A stretch of DNA of 32,000 nucleotides from an archaeon. GTDB taxonomy: Archaea; Asgardarchaeota; Thorarchaeia; Thorarchaeales; Thorarchaeaceae. Where the stretch lies: assembly GCA_024275415.1 (NCBI GenBank), contig JAJRZD010000016.1, forward strand, positions 1 through 32,000, read 5' to 3'. Positions 25,655-32,000 of the stretch are shown here, one piece after another; within the stretch, counting starts at the first letter, position 1; every line of letters begins with the position of its first letter. The notes beneath the pieces are model-generated. The model worked only from the letters and a program-made list of their open reading frames with translations. It had not been told where the DNA came from and ran no database searches. Position numbers and translations under genes: made by a program.

Positions 25655-27682
25655 TTAGATACCTCCACCCTCTCTTTTCTTGACTTTGAGCATTCTAGCG
25701 TTGATAGCAACTATTACTGTGCTCACAGACATCAAAACTGCTCCCATCGCAGGACTGAGGAGGATTCCCGCAGAATACAGGACTCCTGCTGCAAGCGGGA
25801 TGGCTGCCGCATTATAGCCAGTTGCCCAAATAAGGTTCTGAACCATCTTACTGTAGGTCGCGCGTGACAACCCTAGAATAGAAACAGCATCCAAAGGATC
25901 ATTGCGTACTAGTATTATGTCCGCTGTTTCGATAGCGACATCTGTGCCTGCACCAATTGCAATCCCAATATCTGCTTGTGCCAGAGCTGGTGCATCATTG
26001 ATGCCATCACCCACCATTGCAACAGTCAATCCTCGACTCTGTATCTCCCTTATCTTCTCTGATTTCTCATGTGGCAATACTTCTGCAAAGTAGTCATCTA
26101 ACTCTAATTCTTCTGCCACCCATTTTGCCACGTATCGATTGTCACCTGTGAGCATCATACTTTTGATTCCCATCTTCCTTAGCTGTGCAATTGCTTCCTT
26201 GGATTCCTGACGAATGACATCTGCTAATGCTAAAGCCCCAACAAGATTGTCATCAACAATAACATAAACAACTGTATGTCCTTTTTCGGCAAGGTCGGTC
26301 AGATGTGCTAGGTCTGGAAGGATACCCTTTTCCTCCAAGTATCCCGGACTGACAACGAACACACTATGAGATCCAACTTTGCCTGTGGCACCTTTTCCTG
26401 GGATTGCCTGAAACTCATCAGCTGACTGGAATGTGACTCCTCTTTCTTGGGCTCCCCTGACAACCCCGCGAGCAATCGGATGCTCTGACTGGGTTTCCAA
26501 TGATGCCGCAAGCTCCAACACCTTTTCAGATGACATCTCTCCTAATGTGACGACTTCCGTGACTGAGAATTGTCCTTCTGTCAGTGTGCCTGTCTTGTCA
26601 AATACAATTGCTTGCAACCCCCTTGCCCTCTCGAAAGCGGCTCTATCCCTTATCAACAGTCCATTTGTGGCAGAAATCGAAGTTGATACAGAAACGACAA
26701 GTGGCACAGCCAGACCTAATGCGTGTGGACATGCGATGACCATAACAGTTACAGCGCGTTCCATTCCGAACTGCAACCCTTGTCCAACGGCAAGCCACGT
26801 TGTCAGGGTGATCGACCCCGCAAGAAGAGCTATGATTGTTAAGAGGAATGCTGCTCGATTAGCCAAGTCCTGCGTTCTTGATCGACTCTCCTGAGCCTCA
26901 CGCACAAGATTGATCACTTGTGCTAGGAACGTTTCCTCTCCTGTCTTCTTGATCTCAGTGACAACGCTCCCATCCCCGTTAATCGCACCTCCAATAACAG
27001 GATCACCTACTTTTCTGTTTACAGGCTGTGACTCCCCTGTTATCATTGACTCGTCCATACTTGTAATACCTTTTACAATCTCTCCGTCAGACGGTACCCT
27101 CTCTCCTGGTTTGATTAGCACCTTATCCCCAACTTTCAACTCAGAAGTATCAACATCGATGGTTGTCCCATCCTCTTGGACAAGATGAGCTACTGTTGGC
27201 AACAGTTTCACAAGTTCTTCTAATGCACGTGATGCACCCATCACCGAACGCATTTCGACCCAGTGTCCCAACAGCATGATGTCAATCAATGTCACCAGTT
27301 CCCAAAAGAACATAGAGCCCTCAAGACCAAATGCTACAGCGCTACTATAGAAATATGCCACTGAGATTGCTATCGCTATGAGTGTCATCATTCCAAGTAG
27401 GCGTTTTCGAAATTCCTCGACCATCCCCTTTAGGAATGGATATCCGCCGTACAGATATACGCTGGTCGAAAAGGCAAAGAGCACAAATATATCACCTTCA
27501 AAGGCCAGAAAGTCCAATCCAAGAAGTGTTCGAACGAGTGGAGAAAGAACAATTACAGGTGGCGTAAGGATCATTGATACGATAAATCGCTTCCGAAAGT
27601 CCTGTGCCATCATCTCATGGTGACTGCTCTTTTTTCCGTGATGTCCGTGTTTCATGGACATTTTATGTTCACTATGTTCCAA
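25655..27682 (-). CDS. copB: Copper-exporting P1B-3 ATPase (CopB type)
   Basis: His/Met-rich N-terminus, CPH motif (ACPHALG), FDKTGT, SEHP, GDGIND, YN, MSVST. TTG start after GGAGG. Confidence 0.92.
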   Translation of the reverse strand: MEHSEHKMSMKHGHHGKKSSHHEMMAQDFRKRFIVSMILTPPVIVLSPLVRTLLGLDFLAFEGDIFVLFAFSTSVYLYGGYPFLKGMVEEFRKRLLGMMTLIAIAISVAYFYSSAVAFGLEGSMFFWELVTLIDIMLLGHWVEMRSVMGASRALEELVKLLPTVAHLVQEDGTTIDVDTSELKVGDKVLIKPGERVPSDGEIVKGITSMDESMITGESQPVNRKVGDPVIGGAINGDGSVVTEIKKTGEETFLAQVINLVREAQESRSRTQDLANRAAFLLTIIALLAGSITLTTWLAVGQGLQFGMERAVTVMVIACPHALGLAVPLVVSVSTSISATNGLLIRDRAAFERARGLQAIVFDKTGTLTEGQFSVTEVVTLGEMSSEKVLELAASLETQSEHPIARGVVRGAQERGVTFQSADEFQAIPGKGATGKVGSHSVFVVSPGYLEEKGILPDLAHLTDLAEKGHTVVYVIVDDNLVGALALADVIRQESKEAIAQLRKMGIKSMMLTGDNRYVAKWVAEELELDDYFAEVLPHEKSEKIREIQSRGLTVAMVGDGINDAPALAQADIGIAIGAGTDVAIETADIILVRNDPLDAVSILGLSRATYSKMVQNLIWATGYNAAAIPLAAGVLYSAGILLSPAMGAVLMSVSTVIVAINARMLKVKKREGGGI

Positions 27683-27686
27683 ACTC

Positions 27687-27869
27687 TCATCCTCCCAACA
27701 ATCTGTGAATCATATATCCTCTGGAATCGTTCTCCTCAATGTGAACGGGGATCTTGTGGATATCCCTGCTCATACGATAGAATCTCACGGGAGTCTTTTC
27801 ACTGGATATCATCTCAGAACACGCTCGAATCCGTGCATTCAATTCTAACCACTGGAATAGACCAACCAT
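27687..27869 (-). CDS. Possible small ORF or leader upstream of copB
   Basis: The start lies ~33 nt downstream of TATAAATA (27902-27909, minus strand) and the stop is 5 nt from the copB start. No recognisable domain. Confidence 0.3.
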   Translation of the reverse strand: MVGLFQWLELNARIRACSEMISSEKTPVRFYRMSRDIHKIPVHIEENDSRGYMIHRLLGG

Positions 27870-27885
27870 CTTCTATCAGAATCGA

Positions 27886-27903
27886 TATATCCGTATGGAT
27901 GTA
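27886..27903. promoter_or_regulatory. Candidate operator related to 18275-18292
   Basis: TATATCCG-TA-TGGATGTA, adjacent to a minus-strand TATA box upstream of the copB operon. Confidence 0.4.
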
Positions 27904-28001
27904 TTTATAGGTATTGGTTTACCTTGTATTCCATAGTCATCATATGTTATAAATGGTGATTATAGGCTGTCAAGATTCAAAGAACGATTGTTAGACTCAA
28001 G

Positions 28002-28250
28002 GTGATGGTTATGACTAAGACAAGAAATGCACTGCTCAATATCTTATGGGGTGCCGGTTATGTTGCACGGGGTGAGAAACGACTGGGTTACGGACTTCTC
28101 GCTTCCTTACCTTTTCTCCATTGGCCCATACTAAGTGGTAATTGGTTATTGTATCTTACTTATCCATTCAACATTGCATTCATAGGGCATCTGATTATTA
28201 CAGCTGCTTTCGTGATCGATGCTTATTACAGACCAATTTCAAGTGAGTAG
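28002..28250 (+). CDS. Small membrane protein, hypothetical
   Basis: Two to three hydrophobic segments. Confidence 0.55.
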   Translation: MMVMTKTRNALLNILWGAGYVARGEKRLGYGLLASLPFLHWPILSGNWLLYLTYPFNIAFIGHLIITAAFVIDAYYRPISSE

Positions 28251-28273
28251 CAGAAAGGAGGCCGGATACAAAA

Positions 28274-28507
28274 ATGGGATGCGGACCAAAAATAGGCAGA
28301 CGACGTATCAAGAAATCCAAGAGGAAAAGCAAAGTTTCAGGAAGTAGCACTCAAGAAACAACTCTTATTATTCCACGAATCCCTCAAATTTGTTCTAATT
28401 GCAAAGCTAAGATACAAGCTGACTCTGTAAAGTGGACGGGACCTGACAGCTTCGAATGTCCCTATTGTGGTTTCACACTACTAGTAGATTTTGAGAAAAT
28501 CGCATAG
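28274..28507 (+). CDS. Small basic zinc-ribbon protein
   Basis: Lys/Arg-rich N-terminus and CSNC-x16-CPYC. Confidence 0.55.
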   Translation: MGCGPKIGRRRIKKSKRKSKVSGSSTQETTLIIPRIPQICSNCKAKIQADSVKWTGPDSFECPYCGFTLLVDFEKIA

Positions 28508-28623
28508 ATTGCCACGACACTCTATGGGATATTCTCTCTCGGTGATTGGCTCCATTTGTGCTAACTCTTTTGGAAATCATGCCATTCAGGTGGACTAACA
28601 ATGAAACATGACCGATTCGTCAT

Positions 28624-28950
28624 ATGATGATTTCGGCATATAAAACAAATCCTCCTCTGTTATTCTTCAAAGGACTTGCGAACGATACACGCCTTGCCAT
28701 CATTCAGGTTCTGAAAAACGGGCCTAAACCCGTCGGTGAGATATGCGAAACGCTTGGTTTTGAGCAGAACCGTGTTTCTCATAACCTGAGATGTCTTGAA
28801 TTTTGCGGGTTCGTTTCAAGTGAGAGGACTGGAAAGAAGAGGATTTACTCCCTTAACGATGAAACAATCGCGCCATTGATGCAGATTGTTGACAATCACA
28901 TCAAAACATACGGACAAAACCTGATGCAATGCAAAGTCCTCAGGAGATAA
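28624..28950 (+). CDS. ArsR/SmtB-family metal-sensing repressor (CmtR-like alpha4C site)
   Basis: FKGLANDTRLAII..L, VSHNLRCLEFCGFV, RIYSL, C-terminal Cys (QCK). Confidence 0.9.
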   Translation: MMISAYKTNPPLLFFKGLANDTRLAIIQVLKNGPKPVGEICETLGFEQNRVSHNLRCLEFCGFVSSERTGKKRIYSLNDETIAPLMQIVDNHIKTYGQNLMQCKVLRR

Positions 28951-28978
28951 AAATCGAACACGATTGGGTGATAATAAG

Positions 28979-30670
28979 ATGAATGAGCAAAAAAAGAGAA
29001 CCGAAGTCCGTCTTTCTGTAGAAGGAATGACCTGTGACAGCTGTGCAACTCATGTTAAAAGTGCACTGGAGAGCATTGATGAAGTCAAGATGGTCGAGAT
29101 TCCAAGTTGGAAGGACGGCTATGCCAAAGTGCTTGTCGAGGGCGATATTGACGAAAAAGAGCTTGAGGGTGTTGTGGATAAGACAGGCTACAAAGCTAAG
29201 GTCGAAGTCAAGCACGAATTCCTGTCCAGCCTGATTCTGCCTGTCGAACCAAAAGCAACAGGATTTGACGTCGTCGTAATCGGAACCGGCGGTGCAGGAG
29301 TCGCATCCGCCATCAAAGCGGCTGAGTTGGGTTACACAGTAGCGCTTGTTGAAAGGGGTGAGATTGGAGGGACATGCGTGAACATAGGATGCGTTCCATC
29401 AAAGACCCTGATTAGAGCGGCAGGGATTCACCACTCAGCGAAGGATAACCCTTTCAAGGGAACCAATACCAGTGCAGGACAGATCCAATGGAAACAGCTC
29501 GTCCAACAGAAAAACGAATTAGTTTCTCAACTTCGCAAAGAGAAGTATATCGATATCATTGCCCAGTATCCTGATAATATCACACTGTTAAGGGGTCATG
29601 CTCGGTTAACTAAGGATAATCATGTCATACTGGATGATGGCACGAAGATAGAACCATCTAGAATCATCATAGCTACCGGTGCAAGACCGAGAATACTACA
29701 GATTGACGGCGCATCTAGCGAAACCGTCCTAACAAGTACAACCCTTATGGATCTTGAAGAGCTCCCTAAGTCATTGATAATTATCGGTGGTAGATCTATC
29801 GCCCTTGAGTTGGGCCAGACGCTATCACGTTTCGGTACTAAGGTCACAATCCTTCAGCGTAGTGACAGCATCATTCCGGACAAGGAGCCAGAGATCATAG
29901 ACGCACTAACAGCCTATCTGAAAGATGAGGGAATTGATATAGTGACTGGTGTTAAGATAGTGTCAATATCCGATGGTGCTCAGAAGACCGTAGAAGTACA
30001 GATTGGTGGTGCCACTAAAGAATATCAATCTGAGCACATCCTAATGGCTGTAGGGCGTGTCCCGAATACCGACAACATGGGTCTCTCCGAAGTAGGAGTG
30101 GAGTTGGATACACACGGATTCATCATTGTTAACTCTCAGATGGGAACAACCAACCCCTCTATCTTCGCCGCAGGCGATGTCACAACTCTCCCCAAGTTCG
30201 TTTATGTCGCAGCTGCATCAGGTGGCATTGCTACTGAGAATGCCTTGAAAGGAACAAAGAACGAAATGGATTTGACCACAATGCCTGCAATAATCTTCAC
30301 TTCTCCTCAGGTGGCCACGGTGGGGATGACCGAATCGATGGCAAAGGAGGCAGGGTACGATGTGTCAACAAGCGTCCTCCCATTGAAATATGTCCCTCGA
30401 GCATTGGCTGCCCACGATGTACGGGGACTCATCAAACTTGTAGCTGATAGTAGATCTAACCGCCTGCTTGGTGCACATGTGCTGGCTGAAGAAGCAGGAG
30501 AGATAATACCGATCGCAGCAATGGCAATCCTTATGGGACGCAAGTTTAACTTCACGGTTTCAGATCTCCAGCAGATGCTCTTCCCCTACCTTGTCCAGGC
30601 CGAGGGAATCAAGCTTGCAGCACTAGCATTTGATAAGGATATATCCAAACTATCTTGTTGTGCTGGATAA
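28979..30670 (+). CDS. merA: Mercuric reductase with N-terminal NmerA/HMA domain
   Basis: GMTCDSC HMA, GTGGAG FAD motif, GGTCVNIGCVPSK redox disulfide, C-terminal SCCAG vicinal cysteines. The ATG at 28979 follows GGGTGA. Confidence 0.95.
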   Translation: MNEQKKRTEVRLSVEGMTCDSCATHVKSALESIDEVKMVEIPSWKDGYAKVLVEGDIDEKELEGVVDKTGYKAKVEVKHEFLSSLILPVEPKATGFDVVVIGTGGAGVASAIKAAELGYTVALVERGEIGGTCVNIGCVPSKTLIRAAGIHHSAKDNPFKGTNTSAGQIQWKQLVQQKNELVSQLRKEKYIDIIAQYPDNITLLRGHARLTKDNHVILDDGTKIEPSRIIIATGARPRILQIDGASSETVLTSTTLMDLEELPKSLIIIGGRSIALELGQTLSRFGTKVTILQRSDSIIPDKEPEIIDALTAYLKDEGIDIVTGVKIVSISDGAQKTVEVQIGGATKEYQSEHILMAVGRVPNTDNMGLSEVGVELDTHGFIIVNSQMGTTNPSIFAAGDVTTLPKFVYVAAASGGIATENALKGTKNEMDLTTMPAIIFTSPQVATVGMTESMAKEAGYDVSTSVLPLKYVPRALAAHDVRGLIKLVADSRSNRLLGAHVLAEEAGEIIPIAAMAILMGRKFNFTVSDLQQMLFPYLVQAEGIKLAALAFDKDISKLSCCAG

Positions 30671-30744
30671 TAACTGCGTCCCAGCATTTGACATTCGGCA
30701 AAAGTCGTAATACTTATCATAGCCCCTTCGACTAATGCCGTATC

Positions 30745-31470
30745 ATGTCAGCACAATCTTCTGTAAGAGAGCGGCTTGCCAGAAGGATCGCAGGTGAGAT
30801 TGCATTATCTGACAACCCCGGACAGATAATGAGGGTGTGGCGCGAGCGGTTTCGGCTCCCACAGATTGTATTGGCTGATTATCTCGGCATCAGTCCCAGT
30901 GTGATAAGTGACTATGAATCAGGCAGACGGAAATCGCCAGGCACCTCGACAATCCGTCGGTTTGTCATGGCCCTTTTAACACTGGACGAACGAAATGGAG
31001 GACAAGTCGTATCTGCATTCATCCGGCTGATGGATGTCAGTTTGGTCGACCTGAACATTGTGCTTGCAATGAGCGACTTCACCACTAGCATGTCCAGCAG
31101 AGAGTTCTGTAAGATTCTCAAATGCACCGTGAAGAGTGGGGACGAGTATCTGGCCAAGGAGATTTACGGATATACCTTGGTTGATGTGGAACGTGCTGTC
31201 AGGGAACTCGATAGCGAAGCGTTCATGAAACTATTCGGAGCTACCACCGAACGTTGTTTGATATTCACCAATGTCAATACAGGCCGGGCTCCGATGATTG
31301 CTATCAAATCACAAGAATTCAAACCCACGCTTGTTATTCTGCACGGTGTAGGAAAGATAGATCGACTTGCACTTGACCTTTCTGAACAGATGCGGATTCC
31401 CTTGGCAGTCAGCAAGATAGGGTCTCTTGATGCCCTCATTCGAGAACTTCGTTCCATCGAGCCAACCTAG
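30745..31470 (+). CDS. Archaeal XRE-HTH transcriptional regulator with C-terminal DRTGG-like domain
   Basis: LPQIVLADYLGISPSVISDYESGRRKSPG HTH and C-terminal TTERCLIFTNVNTGRAPMIAI. Confidence 0.8.
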   Translation: MSAQSSVRERLARRIAGEIALSDNPGQIMRVWRERFRLPQIVLADYLGISPSVISDYESGRRKSPGTSTIRRFVMALLTLDERNGGQVVSAFIRLMDVSLVDLNIVLAMSDFTTSMSSREFCKILKCTVKSGDEYLAKEIYGYTLVDVERAVRELDSEAFMKLFGATTERCLIFTNVNTGRAPMIAIKSQEFKPTLVILHGVGKIDRLALDLSEQMRIPLAVSKIGSLDALIRELRSIEPT

Positions 31471-32000
31471 CCGAGTACCATCTTGAGAATCGCCATCCTT
31501 GTCACCACCCCATTATAGACTTGGTCAAAGTACTTTGCTTGAGGCATCGAATCCACATCTGGCGATATCTCGTCAACCCGCGGGAGTGGGTGTAGAATGA
31601 TAGCGTCATCCTTCAGCCTTTCCGCATCTTTATTGGAGATTTTGAATTTGCCGGCGACCTTGAAGTATTCGTCTTCCCTGTAGAATCGCTCTTTCTGGAT
31701 TCTTGTCTGGTACACAACATCGACATCCTCAGTTATGGCATCTTCAATATTATCAACCTGATTCACTTGAATGCCCGCCTTTTTCATTTCCTCGATGATG
31801 GCCGGTTTCATTTTCAATGACGGTGGTGCAGCAAGGATGATACTGACATCATATTGTGAGAGTGCCATGCCAAGTGAATGGACAGTCCGACCATACTTCA
31901 AATCACCGCACAGAGAAATTGTCAGGCCATCAATTGTTCCTTTCAGCTTTCTTATCGAATAGAAATCAAGGAGGGCTTGAGTAGGATGTTCTTCAGCTCC
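31467..32000 (-). CDS. pyrB: Aspartate carbamoyltransferase catalytic subunit (5' truncated by window edge)
   Basis: EHPTQALLD, GDLKYGRTVHSL, YQTRIQKER, HPLPRVDEI, NGVVTRMAIL. The frame is open to the window end. Confidence 0.95.
   Translation of the reverse strand, partial: GAEEHPTQALLDFYSIRKLKGTIDGLTISLCGDLKYGRTVHSLGMALSQYDVSIILAAPPSLKMKPAIIEEMKKAGIQVNQVDNIEDAITEDVDVVYQTRIQKERFYREDEYFKVAGKFKISNKDAERLKDDAIILHPLPRVDEISPDVDSMPQAKYFDQVYNGVVTRMAILKMVLG

Noticed and set aside
27687-27869. C-terminal GG of the 60-aa ORF as a ubiquitin-like tail
   Set aside because: The GG codons are the GGAGG Shine-Dalgarno of copB, and there is no beta-grasp pattern.
16100-32000. Partial duplicate of tRNA-Pro 3' end bounding the metal cluster
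   Set aside because: I found no matching copy by eye, so tRNA-Pro-based integration of the metal cluster is unsupported within this window.
1-32000. CRISPR array, rRNA, and the many antisense or alternate-frame ORFs in the track
   Set aside because: No regularly spaced repeats or rRNA-like sequence were seen. ORFs nested within well-supported genes lack motifs and are treated as shadow ORFs.

Overview
Archaeal chromosomal window with GGTGA/GGAGG Shine-Dalgarno sites, BHB-type tRNA introns, SmAP3 and H4MPT/methanofuran C1 genes. An Asgard (Thorarchaeia-like) origin is my inference from gene content and is not verified. From left to right: SmAP3 and a HEAT-repeat protein; korB-korC without an adjacent alpha subunit; a Urm1/SAMP-like protein; an MFS transporter; mch-fwdC divergent from ftr; tRNA-Thr(GGT); a ~4 kb AT-richer island; small hypothetical genes; a GH13 alpha-glucosidase; tRNA-Pro(TGG) with two 30-nt introns; a radical SAM/SPASM gene paired with a Cys-rich protein; a ~12.4 kb heavy-metal cluster; an XRE regulator; and the 3' part of pyrB. 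The island is bounded by a degenerate copy of the tRNA-Thr 3' end, has no recognisable integrase, and its only intact large gene is a 774-aa free-standing HTH + double-LAGLIDADG protein. The metal cluster holds a MacB/LolD-type ABC system whose ATPase is fused to a TRASH domain, a CopZ-like chaperone, three different P1B ATPases, an HMA-TRASH protein, a CmtR-type ArsR regulator and merA. The most novel candidates are the LAGLIDADG tRNA island, the double-intron tRNA whose introns resemble copies of their host arms, and the TRASH-fused ABC exporter.
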